DNA of 64,000 nt, from NCBI GenBank assembly GCA_035221665.1, contig JAVHYY010000119.1, positions 1 through 64,000 of the forward strand, in the 5' to 3' direction. The position numbers were made by a program, and so were the translations under genes. Shown here one piece after another: positions 1 through 11,735 of the stretch. The notes under the pieces are model-generated. The model had not been told where the DNA came from, did no database searches, and saw only the letters and a list, made by a program, of their open reading frames with translations. This DNA comes from Okamejei kenojei (lineage: Eukaryota). How positions within the stretch are numbered: position 1 is the stretch's first letter; the number at the start of each line of letters is the position of its first letter.

Positions 1-160
1 TTGTTCCCCCCCCCCCCCCCCTGATCGTGTCAACCAAGCATCTGCAGTTCCTTCCCACACAAAAATGCTTTCTTACATGGGGCATCTGTCGGTGTGGGGA
101 GGAGTGTTGTGTAGTGTAGTCTTGCGGGTAATGAGCTGGGACAAAGTGGGGGGGACTTAC

Positions 161-429
161 ACTGGACATTGACACGTTGAGCAGGGACGCCTGTTTTTAA
201 ACGAGATAATTCCTGCGGTGCATAAATAAGTCGCAGGTCACGGACCTTACTGTGGCCCTCAGTGGGTGTATTCCACACCATATCTCCGCAGATCTGTAGA
301 CTGGAGCACAGAGCTTTCTCCAGCTGTAAGAGTTCACTACAGGGTTGGCCTGTGATTCACACCGCAGTGTGATGTATTTACCAGCAGGAGGGGCTGTTGG
401 GGCTGTGATCCTCACATTGATGGGAGCGT
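161..429 (-). CDS. Siglec-like gene: domain 9 C2-set exon (tandem paralog of domain 8), several indels
   Basis: ttctag|AC GCT CCC ATC AAT ... CAG T|gtaagt, 269 nt. Sequence YAPINVRITAPTAPPAGKYITLRCESQANPVVNSYSWRKLC.., then the frame is lost and ends ..PAQRVNVQ. No transmembrane exon is in the window. Confidence 0.8.
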
Positions 430-1254
430 CTAGAAAGAGAAACATTCCCAGCTTTCAAGACACACACACAGTGGAGCTCCCTGTATATTTACGTCTCTAA
501 GACTCACTGTAAGAGCTGGCCAAGCCGGCCATCCGCGAGTCACGGTGCCAGGCGGAAGAAGGCTTTGCCCGAGCCGGATGCTTGCCGCTTTTCCGGGGTT
601 ACGTCCGCGACCGGGTGCTGTTAGAGAGGGTCTTGTTTGTATCGTAGTGATTTCGTATATTTGTAAGGATTGTAACATCGTTTAGTTTAGAGATACAACC
701 CAGAAACAGGCCCTTCGACCCACCGGGTCCGCGCGAACCAGCGATCGCCCGATCACACACTAGAGATACAGTGCGGAAACAGGCCCTTCGGCCCACTGCG
801 TCCGCGCCGCCCAGCGATCGCCCATTCACACACTATTTCTGTGTTTAGTTTAGAGATACAGCATAGAAACAGGTCCTTCGGCCCAATGAGTCTGCGCCGA
901 CCAGCGATCGCCCGCACGCTAACACTATCCTACACACACTAGGGGACAATTCTTACATTTAGCAAGCCAATCAACCTACAAACCTACTGTCTTAATATTC
1001 TCTAAGACTCTCTAATATTCTCTAAAACTCTCTAATATTCTCTCAAAGACTCTAATATTCTCATTCCTTCTCTCCAGAGATGCTGCCTGCCCCGCTGAGT
1101 CGCTCCAACACTTTGTGCCTACCTTTGATTTAAACCAGCACCTGCAGTTCCTTCCTACACAAAATGCTTTCCTTACATGGTGCATCTGTAGGAGTTCGGG
1201 AGAGTTGTAGAGTGTAGTAAAGATGGTAACGAGCTGGGACAAAGTGGTACTTAC

Positions 1255-1524
1255 ACTGGACATCGATGCGTTGAGCTGGGGATTCCGTTCCACCGAGAGA
1301 ATTCCTCGCGGTGCAGAAATAGTCACAGGTCCCGACCTCTACTGTGGCCATCAGTCTGTATTCCACACCATATTCCCGCAGATATGTAGGCTGAGTGCCA
1401 CAGAGCTTTTTCCAGCTGTAAAGAGTCACTGCAGGTTGCCCTGTGATTCACACTGCAGTGTGATGATGTATTCCCCAGCAGGAGGGGCTGTTTGGAGCTG
1501 TGATCCTCACATTGATGGGGGCGT
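1255..1524 (-). CDS. Siglec-like gene: domain 8 C2-set exon with compensating indels
   Basis: ctgtag|AC GCC CCC ATC AAT ... CAG T|gtaagt, 270 nt. Sequence YAPINVRIT..(ITLQCES)..YSWKKLC..DYFCTARNSLG..IDVQ. A +1 near 1491 and a -1 near 1434 leave a TGA in the read frame. Confidence 0.82.
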
Positions 1525-2608
1525 CTACAGGGAGAAGAAAAACATTCCCAGGTCAGACACACACACACCACACACCGTGGAACTCCCGCAACACACACAC
1601 AACAGTGGAGGATCCTTGCTATTTCTTTCCAATTTTCCCTATTCCAAAAAACACACCCCCATACATAACGAACCCCCCACTGTCTCGCGCTCTCCTGATC
1701 CCTCTTACTCCTCTCTGTCTATCCCTCCTCCTTACACCCACCCCCCAAACCCCCAATCTTATGAATCTAGGCCTTTCCCCTCACTTATAATCACCTCCCC
1801 CATCCACTCCCCTTACACTCCCCGCTTCCTTTCCATAGAATCCTCTCTCCTCCTTCTCTCTCTTTCTCTCCCCTTCTCTCCCGCCTTGCGGCACGCACGC
1901 CCTTTCGTCTGCACCTCCCTCACTCCAGGAGAAAAAACCTACGCGTTGTATAACAGGTATAAGAAGGAAGCGATGGAACAGGAGAGGGAGGGAGGGAGAG
2001 GGAGAGAGTGAGGAGTATGGGGAGAGGAGGAGGGAGAGTGAGAAAGAGTGTAAGAGGAGAGAGGGAGTGAGAAGGAGAGAGAGGGAGTGAGTGAGAGGTG
2101 GGAGTGAGAGAGAGTGGGAGGGATGGAGAGTTGGAGAGAGGAGGAGAGAGGGAGGCGAGGGAGAGAGAGTGGTGTTGGCTGCTGCCCGGTTCCGGGCCTA
2201 AGTCCGTGCACGTGTGTCCTGGAGTGAACATGCGGGGTGTCCACGGGTGACCTCTGGAGGCCTTCCGTGGGCGCGGGTCACCGCGTGTGGGTTCAAGTAA
2301 GTATGTGAAACAATGATTGTCATTGTTGTACTATATTGATTTTTTTATATAGTGCAATTGTTGATTATGGTTTGATGTGTTGTATTATATGATTGTGTCG
2401 AAAATGTTTTTGAAACTTAAAAAAAAAGGGTGAGAGGAGAGTGACAGAGAGGAGAGAGGGGGAGAGATGTAGGGAGGGAGAGAGAGAGGGAGTGGTGAGA
2501 GAGGGACGGAGAGGGAGTGAGGGAGAGAGGGAGGTGGCAGTGAAGAGGAAATACCGTTCCCTATAAGGGTTTGAAGGGTTTGTGTACGGGATGGTGGGGA
2601 ATACTCAC

Positions 2609-2889
2609 ACTGGACATTAACAGTGATGGTCGAGCTCACAGTTCCGATCTCGTTCCTCGCTGTACAGAGATACGGACCCGCTTGTTGTGGGGTAATTCTG
2701 TAGATCACCAGCGTCTGGTCCGAGAGTCTGTACACATAGTCATTGCGGTACCAGGAGTATCTGTTCACGGGTGGATCACTCACACGGCTAACACACGTCA
2801 GACTCAGGCGGTCATTCACTTCTCGTTCACCTCGGCGCCGACCTCCACACCATGACATCGGGACTCAATGTGAAAACCCTGGGGCTTAT
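2609..2889 (-). CDS. Siglec-like gene: domain 7 C2-set exon, frameshifted in its 5' part
   Basis: gtttcag|AT AAG CCC ... CAG T|gtgagt, 281 nt (3n+2). The 3' part reads LSLTCVSRVSDPPVNRYSWYRN..AGPYLCTARNEIG..VNVQ, but the entering frame stops at TGA at about 2816. Confidence 0.82.
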
Positions 2890-3149
2890 CTGAAACGTTT
2901 GGACAAGGAATGGGTACCAGGTTAGACAACACCATACAAGCTCCTCCATCCTCCGTCTCTCCTCCCTCCCTCCTCCCTCGCTCCTCCCTCGCTCCTTCCT
3001 CGCTCCCTCCCTCGCTCCCGCCCTTTTCCTCGCTCCCTCTCTCCCTCCCTCCCCTCTCTCCCTCCCTCTCTCCCTGCTCTCCACCCATCCCCCCCCCCCC
3101 CCCCCCCCCCCCCCGAACCACCATAGTCGATTGGGGTTACTCAGAGGTT

Positions 3150-3466
3150 TAAGTTCCGTTTAGTTCAGAGATACAGCGCGGAAACAGGCCCTTTGGCCCA
3201 TCGATTCACCAGCGATACCCGCCACACTTGTTCTATCCAGACACACTAGGGGGGGAATTTTACAGAAGCACCCCCCCCCCCCCCCCCCCCTATGAACCTA
3301 CAAACCGGCAGGTTTTGGGGTGGGAGGAACCGGAGACCGGAGAAAAACCCACGCGGGTACGGAGATAGAACGTGTAAACTCCATACAGACAGCACCCGTA
3401 GTCTGGATCGAACCCGGGTCTCTGGCACTGTGAGGCAGCAGCGCTACCCACTGCACCACTGTGCCG
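3150..3466 (-). mobile_element. HE1/V-SINE-type tRNA-derived SINE (representative of many copies, e.g. 9110, 19475, 24990, 26620, 30770, 49230, 55440)
   Basis: tRNA-like head with a GGTTCGATCC B box, the V-domain GTCTGTATGGAGTTT(G/A)CACGTTCT, and the tail GGGCCGAAGGGCCTGTTTCCGCGCTGTATCTCTAAACT. Confidence 0.8.
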
Positions 3467-4809
3467 ACCGACATTTTATACGTGGGGAGCCCGTGACTTA
3501 AGAATCTGATTGAATTTTTTGAAGATGTGACCAAAAAGGTTGATGAGGGCAGAGCTGAAGATGTTGTATACATGGACAACAATAAAGATTTCCAGAAGGC
3601 CAGTCATAGAGTGATACAGCGTGGAAACAGGCTCTTCAGCCCAACTTGCCCACGCCGGCCAACTTCCCCCATCTACACTAGTCCTATCTGCCCTCGTTTG
3701 GCCCATATTCCTCCAAACCTGTCCTATCATGTACCTGTCCTATGTTTCTTAAACGTTGTGTGATAGTCTGCCCAACTACTGGCTTCCCTACAGCTCGTTC
3801 CATGCACCACAACCTCTGTGTGGAAATTTGGACCCTCAGATTCCTTTTAGATCTTTTCCCTTCACCTTGAAACCAATGTTTCCTCTGGTCCTTGTTTCCC
3901 TACTCTGGGCAGAGACTCGTGGTTACCCGATCTCTATTCCCGAGGTGATTTTGTACACTTCTATAAGATCGCCCCTCATCCTCCTGCGCTCCAAGGAAAA
4001 GAGTCCCAGCCTGCTTCAACCTCTCCCTGTAGCTCAGGTCCCTCGAGTCCCGGCAAAATCTTCTCTAAACCGGTTCCAGCGCATTCCACATGGTAGGCTG
4101 CTCTGGAATGTTAGATCGCATGAGATCCCGGGAGAGAGGGAATGGATAGAGAATTGGCTCCATGGAAGGAAGCAGAGGTTGATGGTGGAAGGTTGCCTCT
4201 CAGACTGGAGGCCTGTGACTAGTGGTGTGCCTCAGGGTTCGGTGCTGGGCCCGTTACTGTTTGTCATCTACATCACAGATTTGGATGAGAACATACAGGA
4301 CAAGATTAGAAAGTTTGCTGATGATACAAAAGTGGATGGTATTGCAGATAATGAAGATGGTTGAGAAAAGTTTAGCTGGATCAGAAGAAGGTACAAAGTG
4401 TAACTCAGCAGAATAGGCAGCATCTCTGTGGAGAACGTGGACAGGTACAAAGTGCTGGAGTAACTCAGCGGGTCAGGCAGCATCTCTGTGGAGAATGTGG
4501 ACAGGTACAAAGTGCTGGAGTAACAGCGGATCAGGCAGCATCTCTGGAGAAAAGGAATGGGTGACGTTTCGGGTCGCCACCCTTCTTCAGACTCCCCTGA
4601 CTCTCAGTCTGAAAAAGGGTCTCAACGCAAATCATGTGAAAAAGTTTTTCCTTATCTCCGTTCTAAATGGCCGACCCCTTATTCTTAAACTGTGTGTGGC
4701 CCCTGTGTGTGACTCCCCCAACATCGGGAACATGTTTCCTCCCTCTAGCGTGTCCAATCCCTCACCGTTGAACTTTATCTCGGGAAGACATAGTCTGCGG
4801 GATACTCAC

Positions 4810-5082
4810 GCTTGCCGGTCACTGTGACTTCCTCAGATCGGCTGCTTCCCGCTGCATTGGTGGCTTGGCACACGTACTTCCCGAAATCCGCGTAGGATAT
4901 GGATGGAAACTCGAGATCACGACTGCTTCCCCTGTGGATTTCCGCTCCGTTTCTGTACCAAGTGTAGACTGGTGGATCAGCTGCGGTTGAACTACAGCTG
5001 AGAAGAACTCTCTCCCCTTCTCTCAAACTGTGGTCGATCAACCCGTTTACTCTCAGCGAGACCATGACGTTTCGGGGAGGGT
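4810..5082 (-). CDS. Siglec-like gene: domain 6 C2-set exon
   Basis: ttttcag|AC CCT CCC CGA ... AAG C|gtgagt, 273 nt, open. Sequence YPPRNV..EGERVLLSCSS..YTWYRNG..DFGKYVCQATNAAG. Confidence 0.92.
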
Positions 5083-5270
5083 CTGAAAACACAGAGAGAG
5101 ACACAAATAATAGGCAATAGACAAAAGGTCTAGCCAGCACCGCCATTCAATGTGATCATGGCTGATCATCCACAATCAGTATCCTGTTTCTGCCTTTTCC
5201 CCATATCCCGTACCTCCGCTATCCGTAAGACACATTATGAAGGGGGGGGGGTACATATTCAGCGACTTAC

Positions 5271-5568
5271 ACTTGACCTCTAGCATTCTCATTGTCCGGA
5301 CGGAAGAGGTCCCATTTGTGAACGTTGCCTCACACGAAACCGCCCATTGTCTTTCGTCGGAGCTCGGCATGAATTCCACCTCGCTGGAGTAGATCCAGTG
5401 CTGGTCCCAGTAAACGACACGGGTCACGACAGGGCGGAGGAGAGGCGGCTGCCAGAGGAGGAGAGGAACGTCGTCCGCGCAATAAACTGTGCAGGGAGCA
5501 GGTCAGAGACACCGCCCTCCCCTCCACCACCTGTCCTGGGTCGCCGATCTCCGGTGTTTCCAGTGCTC
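5271..5568 (-). CDS. Siglec-like gene: domain 5 (second d2-type C2) exon, +1 frameshift at about 5485
   Basis: caccag|GA GCA CTG ... AAG T|gtaagt. Length is 298 nt (3n+1). Removing one T from AGT TTA TTG restores SLTCSLHSYC..LLLW..SCEATF..LEVK. Confidence 0.85.
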
Positions 5569-5603
5569 CTGGTGAAGGAACGACAAGTTTAAGCTTCACA
5601 TCT

Positions 5604-5980
5604 GTGGGGTTGTTTAAATTCCTGGGAACCATTATCTCCAGGGACCTTAAAATGGGGGGCCACCATCGACTCCACAATCAAAATGGCCCAATAGAGGATG
5701 TACTTCCTGCGGCAGCTGAGGAAACACAATCTGCCGCAGGCAATGATGGTCCAAATCTATACAGCCATCACAGAGTCTGTCCTCACCTTCTCCATCATGG
5801 TCTGGTTTGGCGCAGCCATCCGGAGGCTGCAGCGAATCGTCCGATCAGCAGAGAAGGTTATTGGCTGCAACCTTCCCTCCATTGACCAACTGTACACTGC
5901 AAGGGCCAGGAAGCGAGCGGGTAAGATCATCTCTGACCCCTCTCACCCTGGCCACAAGCTCTTTGAATCGCTTCCCTCTG
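5604..5980 (+). mobile_element. Rex1/Babar-like LINE RT 3' fragment
   Basis: FKFLGTIIS..; MYFLRQLRK..IYTAITESVLTFSIMVWFG..LQRIVRSAEKVIG. Confidence 0.75.
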
Positions 5981-6254
5981 GAATATGGGGAGAAGGGGAG
6001 AAGGCAGGAACGGGGTACCGATTGTGGATGATCATGTTGCATGGCGGTGCTGGCTCGAAGGCCAAATGGCACCTGCACCTGTTGTCTATTGTCTATTCTT
6101 CACGTTTAAATTATAATGTTTTATTTTTAATTGTCTACTGTATATCATGTTGTTATTTGCGAGTGGAGCACCAAGGCAAATTCCTTGTATGTGTACATAC
6201 TTGGCTAATAAAATTTATTTAATTCTATTATTCAATAAGGTCAAAAGCAAGAGA

Positions 6255-6930
6255 GGTGCAGAATGGAGTCGCAGGTAGATAAAGTGGTCAACAAGGCTTT
6301 TGGCACTTTGGCCATCAGTCAGAGTATTGAGTCTATATGTTGGGAGGTCACGTTGCAGTTGTGCATTGGTGAGGCCGCATTTAGAGTATAGTGTTCAGTT
6401 CTGGGCACCGTGTTACAGGAAAGATGTCGTTGAGCTGGAAAGGGTTCAGAGAAGATTTACAAGGATGTTGCCGAGACCCGAGGGGCCTGAGCTCCAGGGA
6501 GAGGTTGAGGCAGGCTGGGACTCTATTCCTTGGAGCACAGGAAGATGAGGGGTAATTTTGTAGAGGTGTACAAAATCATGAGAGGAATAGATCGGGTTGA
6601 CGCACAGAGTCTCTTGTCCAGAGTAGAGGAATCGAGGACCAGAGGACATGGGTTCAAGGTGAAGGGGAAAAGATTTAATAGGAATCTGAGGGGTAACATT
6701 TTCCACACAGAGGGTGGTGGGTTTATGAAACGAGCTGACGGAGGAGGTAGTTGAGGCTGGGACTATCCCAACGTTTAAGAAATAGTTAGACAGGTACATG
6801 TATAGGTCAGGTTTGGAGGGATATGGGCCAAACGCGGGCAGGTGGGACTAGTTTAGATGGGGCATGTTGGCCGGTGTGGGCAAGTTGGGCCGAAGGGCCT
6901 GTTTCCACACTGTATCACTCTATGACTCTA
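6255..6930 (+). mobile_element. CR1 LINE 3' fragment (representative of more than 15 similar fragments)
   Basis: [27 protein letters not shown]; RGDLIEVYKIM..SRTRGH..FFTQRVV motifs. Confidence 0.85.
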
Positions 6931-8193
6931 CTCCATACACCTAGCACCCTTTGTGTGGAAAAGGTTACCCTTCAGATTCCAATTAAATCTTTTCCACCTT
7001 CACCTTGAACCAATGTCCTCTGGTCCTCAAGAGACACTGTGCGTCTACCCGATCTATTCCTCTCATGCTTTTGTACACTTCTAAAAGATCACCCCTCATC
7101 CTCCTGCGCTCCAAGGATTAGAGTCCCAGCCTGCCCCAACCTCTACCTTTAGCTCAGGCCCCTCGAGTCCCGGCAACATCCACTGGCTTAGTTTAGACAT
7201 ACAGTGCGTAAGCAGGCCCTTCGGCCCACCTTTGTGTACAAGCTTTTTGTTGCATGCTATCCAGTCAGCGGAAAGACAATACATGATTACAATCGAGCCG
7301 TCCACTGTGTACAGATACAGGGTAAAGGGAATAACGTTTTAGTGCAAGGTAAGGCCACATTTAAAGTATTGTGTTCAGTTCTGATCACCGTGTTATAGGA
7401 AAGATGTTTAGTTTGGTTCAGTTTAGTTTAGTTTAGTGATGCAATGCGCAAACAGGCCCTTCGACCCTTCTAGCCCCTTGGAGTGTGGGAGTTCTACCCT
7501 TCTAATCTGAAGAGATCTCAGGTCCTTGTTTCTATATGAAACAACATTTATTTCAAGAGGACTGGAATACAAACACAGGGAGGTAATGCTGAGGCTCTAT
7601 AAGGCGCTGGTCAGGCCGCATTTGGAATATTGAGAGGAAATATGGTCCCCATATCTGAGAAAGGATGTGCGGCTCTGGAGAGGGTCCAGAGGAGGTTTAC
7701 AAGAATGATCCTAGGAAGAAGCGGGTTAACATATGATGCGCGTTTGTTGGCACTGGGCCTGTACTGACTGGAGTTTAGAAGAACGAGGGGGGGGACCTAA
7801 TTGAAAAGTTACGGAATAGTGAAAGGCCTGGATGGAGTGGATGTGGAGAGGACGTTTCCACTGGTGGGAGAGTCTAGGACCAGAGGGCACAGCCTCAGAA
7901 TTAAAGGAGGTTCTGTTAGGAAGGAGATGAGGAGGAATTTCTTCAGACAGAGGGGGGTGAATCTGTGCGATCCGTTGCCACAGATGGCAGTGGAGGCCAC
8001 AAGTCAGTGGATATTGTAAGGCAGAGATAGATAGATTGTTGATTAGTGCGGGTATCAGAGGTTATGGGGAGAAGGCAGGAGAATGGGGTAGGGAGGGAGA
8101 GATAGATCAGCCATGATTGAATGGCGGAGTAGACTTGATGGGTCAAATGGCCTAATTCTGCTCCGAGAACTTGTGAAGATGATCTAACTCACC

Positions 8194-8693
8194 AATGGTT
8201 GCCAACTGTCCCGTATTAGCCGGGACATCCCGTACATTGGCCTATAAATTGGACCGCCATTGTTCCGTATTTGACTGCTACTACTCGGGATGACAGGACT
8301 GTCGGGTCGGAGCACCGCATTCGTCCCCACCTCGCCCGTCCCCGACGTAGTGCAGCCCATGGAGTGCAGCAGCAGCGCCTCGTCCGTGGCCCCGTCGATC
8401 GGTTGGTCGGCAGCCCGGCCAGCTGTCCGACCTTCGCTGACCGCCGACACCTCCACCGCCCCTTCTCATGGGCCGATCGTCCGTTCACGAGTTGGACGGG
8501 GCGCCGGACTTTGCCCCCAGGGCAAAAACCCCTCAGCTGGCCCGCCGGCTGGGTTTTGTATGCAGTCCGGCACCCAGGCCAACTCATCATTCACCCAGCC
8601 ACGGCTGAGTCAGCCAACGAATTGCCATTGGGAATTTGTCCCATATTTTGACCTTTTGTCCCTTATTTGGGAGCGGGGAAGTTGGCGAGCCTG
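8194..8693 (+). mobile_element. Non-autonomous hAT-type DNA transposon (MITE) with 8-bp TSD AACTCACC
   Basis: Imperfect TIRs aatGGTTGCCAACT / AGTTGGCgAgCCTG. TSD copies at 8186-8193 and 8694-8701. Related fragments at about 10345, 28765, 29670, 47200 and 48100. Confidence 0.8.
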
Positions 8694-8700
8694 AACTCAC

Positions 8701-9042
8701 CTGACACTAGGAGATTTATGCCGATGGCATCCGACCATTTATCTGAGCCTTCAAGGCGGAAGAAATATTTCCCACTATCCGACGATCCCAGGTTCTGGAT
8801 CTCCAATGAACAGTTTTGATCTTCCATGCTACCAATAAAGTGCACCCGTCGTTTATAATCTGCCCCACTCTCGCCTGAGGTGATGTACACGCGTGTCCCG
8901 ATGTAGTTGTCGTCTTTAAGCCAAATGCCGATCCAGGGACCATGCTTGTCCCTGGGCACACGGAAGCGACACGGGATGGTCACGCAACTCCCGACACGGG
9001 CTCGGACGGAGACGGGGGTCCACACCGCCCAGCCGTTGCCCC
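8701..9042 (-). CDS. Siglec-like gene: second, internal V-set Ig domain exon (V2)
   Basis: tctttcag|GG GGC AAC GGC TGG ... TCA G|gtgagt, 342 nt. Sequence GWAV..GSCVTIPCRF..NCSLEI..KYFFRLE..KWS is a complete Siglec V-set signature including the Arg. Confidence 0.92.
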
Positions 9043-9649
9043 CTGAAAGAGACCAGAGGCAGAGTGAGAGAAAGGGAGACAAAAGCAGGCCAACCCAACT
9101 TCGGAGCGAAGGGTTCGATCCCGTCCACGGGTGCTGCCTGTGCGGAGTTTGCACGTCCTCACCGTGACCCTCGTGGGTTTTCTCCGGGCACTCCGGCTTC
9201 CCCCCCATACTTGGTATAAATGTATTTTTTTTTTTTAAGTTGTCCCTAGCATGTGTAGGATAGTGTTAGTGTGCGGGGATCGCTGGTTGGCATGGACTCG
9301 GTGGGCCGAAGGGCCTATCTCCGCGCTGTATCTCTAAACTACACACAGGACTAGTGGGGGTGAACAGGCGATCACTGGTTGGCACTGACTCGGTGGGCCG
9401 AAGGGCCTGTTTCAGCGCTGTATCTCTGAATTAAACACAGAACTAGTGGGGGTGAACGGGCGATCACTGGTCGGCGTGGACTAGGTGGGTTGAAAGACCT
9501 GTTCCAAACATTTGAGAAACAGTTGGACAGGTACATGGATACAACAGGTTTGGAGGGATATGTACCAAATGTGGGCAGGTTCAGTCGCTGGGACATGTTG
9601 GCCGGTGTGGGCACGTTGGGCCAAAGAGCCTGTTTCCACGCTGTAACAG

Positions 9650-9728
9650 TTTGTGTTGGGCAAAGGGTTGCATTGGGGGCACCAGGCCTCCCGTGTGACA
9701 GGGACCAAACAGGTCCCACTTGGTCTAG
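9650..9728 (+). mobile_element. Helitron 3' terminal fragment
   Basis: GGGACC-AAACA-GGTCCC hairpin (9701-9717), then ACTTGGT-CTAG|T. Confidence 0.6.
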
Positions 9729-9811
9729 TTAAACATAGAGCTAGGGGCACGGACTCAGTGGGCCGAAGGGCCTGTTTCCGCGCTGTATCTCTGAACTAAA
9801 CTACGACGAAC

Positions 9812-10087
9812 CGTAAACGGGCAGCTTGGTTTTCTCGGAGGTCGCTGGTCCAACTGAATTGACGGCTTCACACCAGTAGTCTGTGCCTTTAGTTAGATGG
9901 GTGATCCTGATCTTGTTTGTAGACGTCTGTGTTTCAGTCGTCTGGGATGATCCATACCAAGTCTGGTGCCACCTGTAACTTGTAACTAGAGGATTACTGG
10001 ACCCTACTGTACATCTGAGTGATAGATAACTCACTCTAGGAGAGAACGTGAAGGGAGAGAGGGTCAGGAGAACAGATCTGGGGGCAT
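9812..10087 (-). CDS. Siglec-like gene: domain 3 C2-set exon
   Basis: ttttcacag|AT GCC CCC AGA ... TAC G|gttcgt, 276 nt. Sequence YAPRSV..LSLRCTVGSSNPLVTSYRW..YWCEAVNSVG is a CD22/sialoadhesin-like C2 (SSNP, Y-x-C-x-A-x-N-x-x-G). Confidence 0.88.
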
Positions 10088-11399
10088 CTGTGAAAACAAA
10101 AAGTATTTAAACTCTAATGAGCCGTGGAACGCAGCGGGTGATCCCTCCTTCCCCCACTCCCCCCCTCCCTCCCTCTTCATCGCCCCTCACTCCCTCCCTC
10201 TCTGCCTCCCTCTCTGCCTCCCTCCCTTCCTCCTTCCCTCTCTCCCTCCCGCAGTGTATGTGATAGGAGCAGAATTAGGCCATTTGCCCCATCAAGTCTA
10301 CACCGCCATTCAATCATGGCTGACCTATCTCTCCCTCCGAACTTGGGTTGCCAACTGTCCCGTATTAGCCGGGACATCCCGTACATTGGCCTACAAATTG
10401 ATTTGTCCCGTACGGGACTGCCCTTGTCCCGTATTTGACTGCTACTACTCAGGTCAAGGGGACTGTCGAGTTGGAGCTACAGAGAGAGGATGGGGCAGGC
10501 TGGATCTCTATTCCTTGGAGTGTAGGAGGATAAGGGGTGATCTTCTAGAGGTGTACCAAATCATGAGAGGAATAGATTGGGTAGACGCGCAGAGTCTCTT
10601 GCCCAGAGTAGGGGAATCGAGGACCAGAGGACATTGGTTTAAGTTGAAGGGGAAAAGATTTAATAGGAATCTGAGGGGTAACTTTTTCCACACAGAGGGT
10701 GGTGGGTGTATGGAACGAGCTGCCGGATTTGGTAGTTGAGGCTGGGACTATCCAAACGTTTAAGAAACAGTTAGTCAGGTACATGGATAGACATAAAAAG
10801 CTGGAGTAACAGGCAGTATCACTGGAGAGAAGGAATGGGTGATGTTTTGGGTCAAGACCCTTCATCAGATTGGTTAGGGAAAAGGGGAACGAGAGATATA
10901 GACGGTGATGTGGAGAGATAACGAACAATGAATGAAAGATATCCAAGTCTGAAGAAGGGTCTCGACCCGAAACACCACCCATTCCTTCTCTCCAGAAGTG
11001 AGTTACTCCAGCTTTTTGTGTCTGTCTCCTATATATCTATATATTACTAAAAGTCTGATCTTGACCGTTTTTGGCCCACTGTGCTGCCATTTCCGAGAGA
11101 ACGCCGCCACCTACTGACCTCATTATTGGCCACCTCGCTCAAAGCCCCCCTTCACCTTGCGGGACCAGAGGATTATTCCCATCGATAAAAAATGAGAGAC
11201 ATTAATGTTTTTAAAAAAATCCCTTCTCTCTGTTCTCTCTGCTGCCCCCGCTGGCAGCAGGGGGGAGGGGGGAGGTAGTATAATACCTGGAAGTGTCGTG
11301 CCTCACTCTCTGCCAGACCCAGGAAGTAAGAGGGTCACAGCTCTCTGAGCTGTGAACAACACTGAATGGATGTCTACGCCACGGTGAGTCCCCTTGATG

Positions 11400-11735
11400 T
11401 GGCTGCTGACAAATTGTTTACCTTTTTTTTAGTTTGTGTTCACAAAATGAATTTTGGTTGACAGGTGACTGCTTGCTGCCCAATTGTTTGCCTCGCCTTT
11501 TTAAAAAAAAGTTTATGTTCACAAAATGAATTTTGGTTGACAGGTGGCTGCTTGCTGCCCAATTGTTGCCTCGCCTTTTTCAAAAGAAGTTTGTGTTCAC
11601 GAAATGGATTTTGGATGTCAGGTGGCTGCGGCCCAATTGTTTGCCTCGCCTTTTTCAAGAGTTGTCTTCACAAAATGGATTTTGGTTGTCAGGTGGCTGT
11701 GGCCAAATTGTTTGCCTCGCCTTTTTCAAGAGTTT
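11400..11735. repeat. 72-bp minisatellite, left part (about 4.5 units)
   Basis: Unit TTCACAAAATGGATTT(T/A)GGTTGTCAGGTGGCTGCGGCCCAATTGTTTGCCTCGCCTTTTTCAAGAGTTTGTG. Confidence 0.92.

Noticed and set aside
1223-2244. Long Pro/Ser/Leu- or Glu/Arg/Gly-rich ORFs (also about 23550-24880 and 42800-43550)
   Set aside because: Low-complexity CT/GA tracts, some spanning N gaps.
2150-2400. CpG-rich patch with a plus-strand donor-like CAA|GTAAGT
   Set aside because: No acceptor, ORF or homology that I can support.
3390-3466. tRNA gene
   Set aside because: It is the tRNA-derived head of a SINE, followed by the V-domain and tail, and many decayed copies exist.
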